64,000 nucleotides of DNA from Felis catus (Eukaryota). Positions 51,788-63,948 of the stretch are shown piece after piece. A program made the translations under genes and the position numbers. The notes below the pieces were generated by a model, which was not told the origin of the DNA, searched no databases, and worked only from the letters and a program-made list of their open reading frames with translations. The DNA is taken from contig NC_058368.1 of assembly GCF_018350175.1 (NCBI RefSeq), positions 69,566,001-69,630,000 on the forward strand, in the 5' to 3' direction. Every line of letters starts with the position of its first letter. Position 1 is the stretch's first letter.

Positions 51788-51995
51788 ATTGTTGTTATTT
51801 TTTTTAATGTTTTTTAGAGAGAGACCACGTGCGCGTGCGAGCTAGGGGAGGGGCAGAGAGAGGAGACAGAGAATCCCAAGCAGGCTCCGTGCTGTCAGCG
51901 CAGAGCCTGATGCGGGGCTCGAACTCAACAACCATGAGATTGTGACCTGAGCCGAAACCAAGAGGCAGACGTTTGACTGAGCCACCCAGATGCCC
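51788..51995 (-). mobile_element. CanSINE
   Basis: TSD GAGAGTCACTCTTT at 51774 and 51997. Confidence 0.95.
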
Positions 51996-52010
51996 TGAGA
52001 GTCACTCTTT

Positions 52011-52240
52011 TTTTTTTTTTTAAATTTTTTTAATTTTTTTTTAAACGTTTTTATTTTTGAGACAGAGAGACAGAGCATGAACGGGGGAGGGGCAGAGAGA
52101 GAGGGAGACAGAATCAGAAGCAGGCTCCAGGCTCCGAGCCATCAGCCCAGAGCCCGACGTGGGACTCGAACTCACGGACCGTGAGATCGTGACCTGAGCT
52201 GAAGTCGGACGCCCAACCGACTGAGCCACCCAGGTGCCCC
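52011..52240 (-). mobile_element. CanSINE (younger)
   Basis: TSD TGAGAGTCACTCTTT at 51996 and 52241. Confidence 0.96.
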
Positions 52241-52354
52241 TGAGAGTCACTCTTTAAAGGATTCGGTGTAACTCCTCCTAAATGATGACTTCTTGGCCTA
52301 GATGATCTCCTGGGTCTTTCCAACCCTGCAATTGATGATTATGTAGTTCGTCTA

Positions 52355-52523
52355 GATGAGGGGTCCGCTCCTGGGGACCGCCTGGCAATGTGCGCAGACT
52401 GTGTTGGTTGTCTTCTGATGACACCCGGTGATGCCACCGACTGACCGACCACACACAGGACAGCTCCCACAACAAAGAATTATCCCCCCAAAATGTCAGA
52501 AGCGCCACAGCGGAGAAGCTCCC
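52355..52523 (+). mobile_element. MER20-like hAT MITE
   Basis: GGGGAC..CTGGCAATGT...TTGGTTGTC...CACAGGACAGCTCCCACAACAAAGAATTATCC...AAAATGTCA. Confidence 0.8.
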
Positions 52524-52938
52524 ATGTGGAGGGAGCCGTAGGAGGTGTGGGGACCTGGCCCCTGGCCTTCTCGATGCACTTTCTGTCTCTCCGCTGGGCT
52601 TGCAGAGTTTCTTCTCTGGTCTGTGTGTCCCCTTCAGCATTCCCTTCCCACCTGAAAGCCCTCCAGGCCGGGAGGGGCAGGAACTTGCTTCTGGGGTAAG
52701 TGCGATGGGCCTGGTGAAACAGTGCTTCTATTGTGCGGGGCTGCGATCAGATCAGCGTGAGGAGCCTGGAGTCCCCATGCATGCAGGGGTGGGGCGGGGA
52801 GGGCGTCAGTTTTCTGAGCCGCAGTGAAGATGTGAGGCTCATTTCATTCTCTTAGAATTTTCCTGGCAGTGACTTAGAAGCTTGGCATTTTTGTTTACTT
52901 TTCCGTATTTCCAGTACATTCCTGGGACTTGGCTTCTT

Positions 52939-53154
52939 TTTTTTTTTTTTTTTTTTTTAATTTATTTTTGGGACAGAGAGAGACAGAGCATGAACGGGGG
53001 AGGGGCAGAGAGAGAGGGAGACACAGAATCGGAAACAGGCTCCAGGCTCCGAGCCATCAGCCCAGAGCCCGACGCGGGGCTCGAACTCACGGACCGCGAG
53101 ATCGTGACCTGGCTGAAGTCGGACGCTAAACCGACTGCGCCACCCAGGCGCCCC
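52939..53154 (-). mobile_element. Young felid SINE (SINEC_Fc type)
   Basis: TSD TGGGACT(T/C)GGCTTCTT at 52923 and 53155. Confidence 0.97.
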
Positions 53155-53974
53155 TGGGACTCGGCTTCTTATTGCAAGGTTAGAGTTTCCTAGGGGCTAA
53201 TGCCTGAAGAGGAGGCAGTACAATGAAATAAAGTAACATGACCGTATCAACTTTTTGGTAGGCTGTTATGGGGCGGGTGGTGACAGACAAGCTATAAAAT
53301 GACGGTACATTGAAAACACTCAGAAGAATACTTAACCTGCCTTAAGGAGCGAATGTTTTCATTGTTTATTTTTTTTAAGGGTGCATGTACCCAGTGGCAT
53401 ACGGCTTGGACCTCGGAAAAGCAGAAACTGAAGACTGTCCTCTGAGCAAAAGCCGGGGCCGGGGCGGGAAGGTCGCCCAGAGCAACCTCGTCAATTAGGC
53501 TGACCAGATTTCACAAATAACATGCATCAGCCTGGTGGTAGCCATTGACTCACAGACATTCTTTTCCTTAAGGAGGCCGGATTCCTTGTAAGGAGTACTT
53601 ATCATAGACACACCTCACTGGTGACCCCATAGGCAGACCCTCTCTGTACCCACCCTAAAGTCCCCTGCTGAAGAGGAGGGCCAGGAGGAACTCTCCACAC
53701 TCTGGGTTCAGCCGCCACATTCTGGCACAAAGCAGGGGCCAGTCAGCAAGCAATTGGCCTAATGTTGGACGGGGAGCTGTGATCACACCTCCGGAATAAC
53801 AAGGCGAGTGCGCTTAGGGAAGTGTGGCTCTCCTGCCTCTGTATGGCCGCCAGTGAGGGCCGAGGCCAGTGTCTGCTCGCCTCTGTTAGGGAACTAATTT
53901 GTATCTCACGAGCGTTCCTTCACTCCCAAGAATGCTCTTGTGGTGTTCCCTCCCCGCCCCCACAGCACACACTT

Positions 53975-54480
53975 TTTTTTTAAACCACTGGAATTATGAA
54001 ATGGCCAAAGGTGGTCATTTTTCCTTCCATGAGGTACTTCTCCCCAACACAGGCAGGTGTAGTGTGCCACACCTCGTCCTTGAGGGACATGCTTGGGCAA
54101 ACACCATCTTTTTCCCCTGTAATAGGGCCCTCTAGACAGGGAGAAGGTAAGGCGAGGGTAAGGAGGAGGAATTCAGGATCCCACGAGGGTAGAAATCTAA
54201 CCGTTCTCAGTTACAGGGCACATTCCTCCTTGCTGAGGGGGCAAGAGAGCTGGGTGACTGGTTCTTACTGACCCCTCAGGATGGGGTGGAAGCAGGAGTA
54301 GTTTCACCTGCAGCCCAGCGTGCCTTGGGATCAAGGTGAGTGAAATAGCTCTCTTTGGTAAACGAGGGGAGAGGTGTCAGCTCCGGCGTGGCTGGGGAGT
54401 CATCTGTTCCACAGCTGGAGGTGACCAGTTGGCCCCGGTGGGGGTTTTGATTTCCCTTGGATGTGTTCTCTGGGTAGCCG
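53975..54480 (+). mobile_element. Ancient LTR78-like LTR fragment
   Basis: AAACCACTGGAATTATG...AGGTGGTCATTT...TTCTCAGTT...AAGAGAGCTGGGT...CCCAGCG..CCTTGGGATC follows the recalled LTR78 consensus in order. Confidence 0.55.
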
Positions 54481-54519
54481 ACTCTTGATTGGAAAGGCTA
54501 GGTCTTCATTGAAAAATCA

Positions 54520-54860
54520 ATGAAATTTACCTTGACGGGACATGTTCAACGTGTACAAACCCCAGAAACTGTTATGCTAAGCAAAGGAAGGCAGATACAG
54601 ACGACTGGGTGGTGTTTCTGTTTACATAAAGTGGGCTTACAGGGGTGGAAAGCAGAAGGCTGTCTGGAGCTGTGAGAGGGGAGCAGGAACCAACTGCAGG
54701 CTGGCCTGAGGAGATGTTTAGAAGAGGTGGAGACATCTTACAAATGGATTGTGGTGGTGTTGGCCCAGTCCTATAAAGTTACCGAAGGTCATCGAACTGG
54801 GTGCTTACAGTGATTGAATTTTATAGAATGTAAATTACACTTCCGTGAAACTGTTAAATT
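54520..54860 (+). mobile_element. Old L1M 3' end
   Basis: TTATGCTAAG...GGATTGTGGTGGTG...GTCATCGAACTG...GAATTTTATAGAATGTAAATTACAC. Confidence 0.75.
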
Positions 54861-55708
54861 TTTTTACCTTGGATTTTGTTTGGGTCTTGTTGAGAGGGTT
54901 GAGTACCTACAAAAAGATTTGCACGGTATGGACTTGGTGCCCCAGTATGTTAACCACACTTTGGGGAAATGTGTCTGTGAATGATGCTGTTAACAGTGGC
55001 AACTTCTTAAGCAACGTCCTTCTCTGAACTTCCTCCCACGGCTTTCATAAGGAGACGCTGCCTAATACTCATTGCATCTTCCAAAATGCTTAATTTGAAA
55101 GAACTCACAGTTGATATATACAGGACATACGTTCCTATGCACAAGAAAATCTTCAGGCCAAGTTACTAACGTCTAGATGTGTAAAAGGAGTGGAATCCTA
55201 CAGACTCTCAGGATTGGAAAGGACTTTAAAGGTTAAGAGCTGAGGACACATGCGTGAAGACTAGCCGACGATTAGGAAATTCAGAGACTCTGGACCGTGT
55301 TTGACTAGCAGATTGAAAGACCTCACAGTTCACGTATGCCCCTTTAATTAGAAAGTTCCATTCATCAGAGTGCACTCATTATCTGACCATAGTGTAATGG
55401 CGGTCTGAATTTAATTGTGAGTCTCCTTCTCCCCTGGTGTTTAAAAAACTCCATACCTAAAAGTCCTGTGTTTATTTTGGGAAAGGCTGTGGTTATTAGC
55501 AAGGCTGCTGAGAGTTGATTTAAGTCTGGTGAAAACAGACTATGCTCCCCTACCCCCACCAGTAGCTTCATCTTGGTGTGCAACTAGTGGGGACCCAACC
55601 CCACTTCCAGAAGTTTCTCTTACTCTGCTGGGCTTGATTATGGAAGTCAGCAACATTATGGGTAATGGGATAGGACTTCCTAGCTGCCAGATTGAAGCCT
55701 CTTGTTTT

Positions 55709-55923
55709 GTTGTTGTTGTTGTTAAAGTTTATTTATTTTTAGAGAGAGCCAGCATGAGCACCGGTGGGGGAGGGGCAGAGAGAGGGAGAGAGCGAATCCC
55801 AAGCAGGCTCCACACCGTCAGCTCAGAGCCCCATGTGGGGCTGGATCCCACAAACCGTGAGATCATGACCTGAGCCGAAATCCAGAGTCAGAGGCGTACC
55901 TGACGGAGCCACCCAGACGCCCC
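55709..55923 (-). mobile_element. CanSINE
   Basis: TSD TGAAGCCTCTTGTTTT at 55693 and 55924. Confidence 0.96.
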
Positions 55924-56506
55924 TGAAGCCTCTTGTTTTTACCTGTGTTTACCAAAAGTTTTTCTTTTAACTGATTTTTATCTAAGGGCCGGGTGGGCAG
56001 AATAATTATTTTTAAAAAGGTCATAGGTTATAAAAAGCTTTTGAAGCGATTTACATGGCTTGGTTTCATTCATTAATTCGGGTCACAACCATGTGCTTTG
56101 CTGGCGATGGGTCCAGAAGGGTAACACACTTCTTGCCTTGAGTAGCTGCAGGCTGGTGGTGATGGGCCTACGGCAGGCAGAGGGCCAGAGCCCAGAGACA
56201 AACCGAGAAAGCAGCCCTGTGTGGGGGCTTGGAATACTCAGTACTGTCTGCTGCTTTCAGGCCCGTGGGCGTCATGATTTTAAATGGTGTCACTTTCACA
56301 GACTGACGTGATGACCTGAGAAGTGCTTTGTGATGCTGACATTCATCTTGCAAGTCGAAGGCCTGCATTTATTTACTTTTCAGTGTTCACCCCTTCCAGC
56401 CTGCCGTCTAGTACTAAAAAGTCATGACCTCTCACTAGCCTGGCCATAAATTCATGGATAAGAGGTCAACAGGTTTGTGTCTCAGTCAGCCAGTTGGAAC
56501 ATAGTA

Positions 56507-56605
56507 TTTGTTTGTTTCTTTCTTTCTTTCTTTTTTTTAAGTTTATTTATTTATTTTGAGAGAGAGAGAACACAAGCAGGAGAGGGAGGGAGGGAGGGAG
56601 GGAGG

Positions 56606-56659
<54 letters not shown>

Positions 56660-56779
56660 CCCAAGCAGGCTCCTTGCTGTCCATGCCTGACGTGGGGCTC
56701 GAACTCACAAACCGTCAGATCATGACCTGAGCAGAAATCGAGAGTCGGACACTTAACCGACTGAGCCCCCAGGAGCCCC
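56507..56779 (-). mobile_element. CanSINE with (GGGA)n(AG)n expansion
   Basis: Antisense body. Confidence 0.93.
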
Positions 56780-57003
56780 ATATTTCAATTTAACCTTCAG
56801 AAATAAAACATGTGCCACAAAGAAACGCTCTCTAATTTTGTTGCCGTTTTTTTAAACCTTGCCTCTCTGTGGCCAGTATATTCTTCATGTTGGGCAGTGA
56901 ACTCTTAGGCATGACCATAATTTATTTATCAAGAGAAAGAAGTAAAAGTTCACTGTGCTTTGCAATTAAAAGAAAGCAGTTGCTAAGTAACAACTTTTAA
57001 ATG

Positions 57004-57041
57004 CCCCCCGCCCCGCCCCCCCCCCCCCCCCCCCCCCCCCC
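57004..57041. repeat. Poly-C tract (C26 core)
   Basis: Direct reading. Confidence 0.95.
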
Positions 57042-57377
57042 GGAGGAAAAAACCTTTCTTCATCCACAAATATCGTTGGATTCTTTGTATTGCTAGGGCA
57101 AAGTGTAATCCCGGTGTTGACCACCATTTGGGGACTGACCACGTGCCAGGCAGAGTGCTGGTCGCTTTAAACATGTAAACATGTCATGTCCAACCTTCTC
57201 CATGGCCTGGATGGAGGTTGGTTCTGTCCCCGTTTCAGAGAAGAGTTGACTTGGGCTGTCATAGGTAGAGTAACTTGACCAAAGTCCTACCACTAGGCAG
57301 AGTCAGAATTTAAAATCGTGATTGTTCCCTGACCTTTAAATCTTTTTGCCAAAGTATTAAAAGCTCTGTCAGTTATA

Positions 57378-57609
57378 GGGGCACCCAGGTGGCTCAGTCG
57401 GTTAAGCACCCAACTCTTGGTTTTGGGTCATGATCTTGAGGTTTGTGAGTTCAAGCCCTGCCTTGGGCCCCGTGCTGACAGTGCTGCTTGGGATTCTCTC
57501 TCTCTCCCTCTCTCCAGAGTCTGCTTGGGATTCTCTCTCTCTCCCTCTCTCTCTGCCCCTTTTCTGCTCCCTGCCTCAAAATAAATAAACTTAAAACAAC
57601 AACAACAAC
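57378..57609 (+). mobile_element. CanSINE with internal tandem duplication
   Basis: CTGCTTGGGATTCTCTCTCTCTCCCTCTCT occurs twice. Confidence 0.92.
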
Positions 57610-57612
57610 TCA

Positions 57613-57826
57613 GGTACCTGGGTGGCTCAGTCGGTTAAGTGTCCGACTTTAGCTCAGGTCGTGATCTCATGGTTAGTGAGTTCGAGCCCCGCGTCGGGCT
57701 CTGTGCTGACAGCTCAGAGCCTGGAGCCTACTTCTGACTGTGTCTCCTCTTTCTGCCCCTCCTCTGCTCACACTCTGTCTCTCGAAATTGAATAAACGTT
57801 AAAAAACATTAAAAAATTTTTAAAAA
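57613..57826 (+). mobile_element. CanSINE
   Basis: Follows the tail of the previous copy; CTGTCAGTTA flanks the pair. Confidence 0.93.
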
Positions 57827-57916
57827 CCACTGTCAGTTACAAATGCATAGGGAAATGGAGAAGATAGTGAAACTGTTATTTAAGTAGTACCCCATAATTT
57901 AAAACATCAGGAACAT

Positions 57917-58137
57917 GGGGCACCTGGGTGGCTCAGTCGGTTGAGTGTCTGACGTCGGCTCAGGTCATGATCTCACGGTTCATGGGTTCGAGCCCCGCGT
58001 CGGGCTGTGTGCTGACCGCTTGCTCAGAGCCTGGAGTCTGCTTCAGATTCTGTGTCTCCGTCTCTCTCTGCCCCTCCCCTGCTCATGCTTTGTCTCACTC
58101 TGTTTCTCAAAAATAAATAAATGTAAAAAAATTTAAA
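57917..58137 (+). mobile_element. CanSINE
   Basis: TSD AAAACATCAGGAACAT at 57901 and 58138. Confidence 0.96.
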
Positions 58138-59084
58138 AAAACATCAGGAACATCTGTGAATGTTAAAACTTATCAAGAGCTGTTTGTACAATAATTGTCA
58201 CGGAATTAATGACACGGGGTGTGAGCGTCTTTTCTCTGCTTGGTCACTTGTCTACTTCTTAAGTTTCAGTCAGCTTCCAGCGTTTTCTCCTTTGCGTTTG
58301 CAATGTCATGAGATACCTCCCCGAGTTCCGTTGGTGGGAAGTCCTTTGCCAGCCTCCCTTCCTCGAGGATGTCTTCACCCTTTCTTCACGTTCACTCTCC
58401 TCGTTTATGCCGAGACATTCGCCTCCGAATCTTTGCTGGGTTTCTCCGGCTGCACACCCGGAGTGTCTGGAGGGGTGGCAATGCTGACATTCTGTGGTTC
58501 GCTGCTCTTTGTCCTGTGACTCCAATTACCTTCAATTTGCATTTTCTCCTCTCTGCTGCACCTTCATCTGTGTTGGCCAGTTCCCTCTTCCAGTCCGCGT
58601 TTGTGAAAAGTTCTGTGGGTTTCTCGCTGGGAGTCAGGGAGGCTGCAGGCTGTGCTGTCTGTGGGAACGGAGTCGTGGATGTGCGGTGGCCTGTCGCCCC
58701 GAGACTGGGGAAGCCGCGGTGTGATTGGTCGGTGATCACCACGCACGTCTGTTCTTTCCGGAGAGCTTTGTGGCCTGAAGACCTAGCATCTGGTTACTCA
58801 CTGTGAAACATACCAAGATAACTGTAAGGCGGATCGTGTTGTCAGGACACGGGTGTTATTTAATCAAACTGTGCAAAGCCGGTAGTCTCAGAAATGTGGG
58901 AAAGGAGAAGATGGCCTGACCCACGGGAGTTCTCTAACTTAGGAAGAAGAGGGAAGGGGAGGAACAGTTCGTCCGCTTCTCTCGCATCTCCAGTGCTAGA
59001 TGCTTTATGTTGCTAGATGTTCCATTTTACGGGGAAGAAAATGGAGGCCAGGAGTTTTAGTCACTTGCTTGAAGGCATTTAGAA

Positions 59085-59277
59085 GGGGGAGTTGGGTGGT
59101 TCGGTCGGTTAAACATCTGACTTCGGCTCAGGTCATGATCTCACAGCTTTGTGAGTTCGAGCCTCACATCGGGCTCTCTGCTGTCAGGGTAGAGCCCGCT
59201 TCAGATCCTCTGTCCCCTTCCTCTCTCTGCCCCTCCCCTGTTTGCGCCCCCCCCCCATATAAACATTTAAAAGAAAA
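59085..59277 (+). mobile_element. CanSINE inserted in an antisense MIR (~58990-59360)
   Basis: Sense body; flanks CCATTTTAC..GGAAGAAAATGGAGGC and TTCAAACTCAGATCT are MIR-like. Confidence 0.9.
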
Positions 59278-60897
59278 GTGGAAGGCTTTTGAACTTTTAC
59301 AGTTCAAACTCAGATCTTTCTTGCTTCAAAATCCCTGCTTTTTATATTATACCACTCTTTGGGGAAGGAACCAAATGTTGTGGTAGGAAAAGAGAAGGAA
59401 GCCAACATTCCCTAACAAATGGGCTTGGACCATGTACTTAGGTCATTCCTGTTCCTCACAGCCCTTCTGTCGTCCCCATGGTGCAGAGGAAGGAACAGTA
59501 CAAACCTCAGAGAATCTACGAGACTAACCTGGAAACACGGCTGTTTAACGTAGAGAGTTAGGCTTTACAAAGGACAGACTAGCCATTCCTCAGACGACTG
59601 ATGTGTGGTTCCCTGGATTTATTTTACAGCTAATTCTTCATTTATAAAATGTGGTTCAGATCAGAAAGGTGGAAGAGTCAAAGGTTGGGGGTTTTACTTA
59701 TAACCATCGATCTTTTTTCCTCAGTAGGTAGTTTTGGCTAATAAACTGTTGATTTCTCAATTAGCTTGGGAATTTTGCGAAACCTGTCAGAGATTGACTT
59801 TGAATACCTCACATGGATCATGTTATGGTTGGAAGGAATCTATAGAACAAATTCCTGATGAAAAGTGCCCTTTCCCCCTGAAACGTGTCCCTTGCCCTGG
59901 GTCTGTCAGTGTCTCCCTGCCTTCCCTCCACCTCTGCCTCCTTGACCGGCTCTTCTGACCATAGATGCCCAACAGTGTGGATCTCCCTGAGGTTTTATCC
60001 TGACTCTGGTTCTAGCACCAAAGACCTCTCCTCTGAGAGATTTCCACCACATACACATCAAAGAATTTAACACCAATGTTCATTCATCCACACCTGCTTT
60101 TCTTCAAGGCCTGGAGCTCACATGTTTCCTCTCCTGTATCTCTGTTGCTGGCACTCTGTTCTTTAGAGCAGCTAACTGGAAATGATGAGGCCTGTTTCCC
60201 TTAGGTTTTTGTCGCCCCCCCCCCCTCTTCTGCCAGAGCTAATAGATCCCAAATTTGATAATGTTGGGCTCTTGCAAAAACACTTCTCAGTGATTTTTTC
60301 AGTGCTCACAGGACAAGGCTCAAATTACTTACAGGATCATGTTCTCTAGTCTGACCGGATACCCCCCTTTATTGTATGCTGTGTGTCATTTGGCGGGAAG
60401 ACTGCAAATTCATGTTTCTCAGCCTCTGTGCGGTCTACCCCTTGCCTTGGACCGCCCTCTTTCTCTTTTTGTGGATGGACTCATCTCTGAAGGTTTCTTA
60501 GACTCCGAAACCCACAGAATTCAACAGAACTTTCCCTCCCCCTGTGGTTCCATAACACATGCATTTCTTGACTGTAGTATGCATCCTAGTTGCTTTAAGT
60601 ACCTTTTCCCAAAGGACTGTGTAAGGACCTTGAGGACAATCATGGTCATATCTGCATTCATCAGAGAGTATTTGGTAAATAGTCATCAAATAGATTTCAA
60701 GATCATGGCTCATCTGGAGCTCATTCAGGGCCACGTTATGCCTACGGACCAAGTTATGAGGACATGCTTCATTGATCTGGTGGTTCAGAACTGGGGCTTG
60801 GAAGGACTGACAAATCTGGTCCCTGCTCAGATGGTGTATTGAATGAACCACGAAGCAAGTATGGAAGATAAAGAGAAAACAGACTTAAAGGCGAGAA

Positions 60898-61250
60898 CCC
60901 CACTGTCCAGCTCCATCCCAACCAGCCACGTGTGGCTACAGAGCACGGGCACTGCGGCCAGTTCAAGCTGAGATGTGCTGTTAGTAGAACATACACGCTC
61001 GATTTCAAAGACGTAGTACCAAACCACCTCCCCCAAAAGTGAGAGAACTCAATTTAAAAATATTGATTATATATGAAAATAATATTTGGGGGTATATTGG
61101 ATTGAAAAATGTTAAGATTAATGTCAACAGGTTTTTTGGGTTTTTTTTGTTTTTTTTGTTTGTTTTTGTTTTTTTTGCTTTCTAAAGTGTTGCTATTAGG
61201 AAGATTTAAATTTCACTGTGGCTCGCACGGTTTCCCTTGGGCTGCTGGGC
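60898..61250 (+). mobile_element. MER33-like hAT MITE
   Basis: CACTGTCCA...AGCCACGTGTGGCTA...TGAGATGTGCTGT...GATTTCAAAGAC...TGTGGCTCGCA. Confidence 0.78.
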
Positions 61251-61727
61251 TAGAGAGAAGCTGTAGGAAGCCAAGGGGTCAGGGACGACAGGACGGAAGC
61301 AAAGGGCAAATGCTTAAAGAAGCAGATGTGGAAAGAAGGGAAGGGGAGCTGCCCTCTTTGGAAGAGCAAGGAGAGGCAGGGACTGCAGAAAGGTAAAAGG
61401 AAGACTGAAGACACAGTGTAGGTACCATCGAGAGGAATAGGGATGAGGAGTGTAGCCTGTGTGGGCAGCTCTTAATCTAGAATAGGCAAACTTGAATCCA
61501 AACAGTGGATGAAAATTTGTATTGTTTTTCTCTTCTTTGGAAGTCATTCCTGTTTACTGCACCATAATTAGAGAATAAAGTCAGCAAACAAGGGGAAAAC
61601 CTGTTCATCACCCATTGTTCTAGTGTTGAGAACAGTCCCCCATAAACCTTGGTATATTACCATCTTTCAGATCTCTTTCTGGACTCACATGCATTTATGT
61701 ATGGTTTTTATGCAAATGGCACCATTC

Positions 61728-61786
61728 TTTTTTTTTCCAATGTTTTTAATGTTTATTTTTGAGAGAGTGTGAACAAGGGAGGGGTA

Positions 61787-61831
<45 letters not shown>

Positions 61832-61952
61832 TCTGAAGCAGGGTCTAGGCTCTGAGCTGTCAGCATGGACCCCAACGCGGGCTCGAACTCACAGCAAGAT
61901 CATGACCTGAGCCGAAGTCTGACGCTTAACTGACTGAGCCCCCCAGGTGCCT
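61728..61952 (-). mobile_element. CanSINE with internal (CA)n
   Basis: TSD CACCATTCTTT flanks. Confidence 0.93.
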
Positions 61953-62444
61953 CACACCATTCTTTATATATTCTCTTTATAATCTGCTTTTTTGTTTTAC
62001 TTAATAGATTAATTATTTTTCCATAGTAACCTTAAATTTAAGATAATTATGCTGGAGGATGGAAATAGAGAATGAATGTTATCTCCAGAATGCAGAGTGC
62101 TAGCCCGACCCCCACCCCACCCCAAATCCCAGGGTTTCCTCTGTTGGGGTGACAGCAGCCCTGATTTCTACATCATTAAGATTGGTGGCCTAGATCTGGG
62201 ATACTGGCTTGACTCCAAAGAGGCAGGTCGCCTCTGTGCTTCCCCAGGGATTGCCCAGTTGCGATTTCCTCAATGCCACAGCTTCTAAGGATTCTAGCTA
62301 TAGGCTAGAATAAGTCTGAATATCAGTAATTTGGCCTTCAAGCTGAAGCAGACACGGTCATCGTTACATACAGCCGTGTGGATGTCAGGTGCCGCTCGCT
62401 GCCTTACAGTCACTCAGCATGTTGAGGAATTTGAAGCTATTCTT

Positions 62445-62679
62445 TTTTTTTTTTTTTTTTTTTAATTTTTTTTTTTCAACATTTATTTATTTTTGGGACA
62501 GAGAGAGACAGAGCATGAACGGGGGAGGGGCAGAGAGAGAGGGAGACACAGAATCGGAAACAAGCTCCAGGCTCTGAGCCATCAGCCCAGAGCCTGACGC
62601 GGGGCTCGAACTCACGGACCGCGAGATCGTGACCTGGCTGAAGTCGGACGCTTAACCGACCGCACCACCCAGGCGCCCC
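62445..62679 (-). mobile_element. Young felid SINE (SINEC_Fc type)
   Basis: 18-bp TSD GAATTTGAAGCTATTCTT at 62427 and 62682. Confidence 0.97.
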
Positions 62680-63363
62680 AAGAATTTGAAGCTATTCTTG
62701 AGGAGGTTTAAGAAACTTATTTTACTAATGCATAGGTTCTGTATCACAGAGGTTCTAATCTGCCATTCGAAGGTGGGGTGGATATCTGTGCAAGTAGGAA
62801 AATTTTGTAGATTTTAGGTGCTGGGAAGAAACCTTACCCCCGGGAGATGTGTGATTAGGCTACCGGCTTAACTGGTAACAGTGAGATGGGTCCTAATGAT
62901 TTGTTTCCAACAGAAACATTACCTGCCGAGAAATGCGTTATTTTTTAAGAACACCGGAACTGTCTATTATGGAGATTTTGTTTCAGATTTCCCATTTGAG
63001 AAGGATCTCCATGTATTCTGCTTCCTGCTCCACCCCCTTGGCAGAGGGAGTCAAAGTCATCCTGGGGGACACAGGTCCGCTCATCCCTCTCCCTGACTAC
63101 CCGAGAGGGAGAAGTGAAAGGGCTGGGGATGGCAGGCCCAGATGTTGTCAGGGTTCTTGGAGTGAGAAGCGGGTTCCATTCGCGAGGGGGAGGTAGTCTG
63201 GAAGCTCAGCAACAGACTGACCCTAGGATCTGGCACTTGTGGACATCAGTGACCGTTTCAGTACCAGAGGCAGTGATGCCAGTCAGCGACGAGAACACTG
63301 TCCCTCGTTGCACTTCTGTGGGCCTGGTGCCCCACAGTGTACTTTTACATGTGGTAGTTGGGT

Positions 63364-63569
63364 TTTTTTTAAGTTTATTTATTTATTTAGAGAAGGAGCA
63401 CCAGCATGGGAGAGGGCAGAGAGAGAAGGAGAGAGAGAGAGAATCCCAAGCAGCCTCTGCCCTGTGCGTGCAGAGCCCGACGTAGGGCTTGAACTCACGG
63501 ACCGGGAGATCATGACCTGAGCCGAAACCAAGAGTCGGATGTTTAACCAACTGAGCCACCAGGTGCCCC
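63364..63569 (-). mobile_element. CanSINE
   Basis: Antisense body with T-rich tail. Confidence 0.93.
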
Positions 63570-63948
63570 ACTAGTTTTTCACCTTAAAACCTGCCAGGAA
63601 TGTCGTGTCATCATCACTTTGTGGACCCTGAGACATGGAAGCCCCAAAAGGTCAATGCCTAAGCAAGGTCACAGCATGGGAATGGCGGGTGGGGTTTTAT
63701 CCCAGGTGTTCATTGAAAGGCCTGGTGATTGCCGAAGTACCAGCAGATTCGAAAGCCGCACTCCCACCCGTTTGCTTCCTGGTCGGGTGGTGAATTTCAG
63801 CCTTTGAAATGTTTAGCATCTTTTACTGACTGACAGCTGAGAGCAAGGGAAATGGACAGCAAATCACGTGTGTGTTAGGAAAGTGACTTTTAAAATGCAT
63901 TCTCAGTGTTCTGGTGGGTGATCCTTTTTCTACTTTAAAAATCCTCTC

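Larger units (their letters stand above)
57310..58890 (-). mobile_element. Tigger13a-like DNA transposon interrupted by three SINEs
   Basis: Minus strand follows the recalled Tigger13a consensus: TTAAATAACACC...GACCAATCAC...AAGAGGGAACTGGCCAACACAGATGAAGGTGCAGCA...CTCTTGATAAGTTTT...CATTTCCCTAT...TTTAAAGGTCAGGGAACAATC. Confidence 0.75.

Noticed and set aside
51774..52255. Repeat-spacer-repeat pattern superficially like a CRISPR array
   Set aside because: The repeats are TSDs and the spacers are SINEs; eukaryotic DNA with no cas genes
58160..58806. Cluster of ORFs on both strands
   Set aside because: Lie in a non-autonomous Tigger13a-like relic; no intact transposase frame
60339..60842. 167-aa ATG-initiated ORF
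   Set aside because: No recognisable family; region resembles degraded L2/MIR sequence
62990..63340. Possible LTR33/LTR16-like relic
   Set aside because: Similarity too weak to define family or ends by eye
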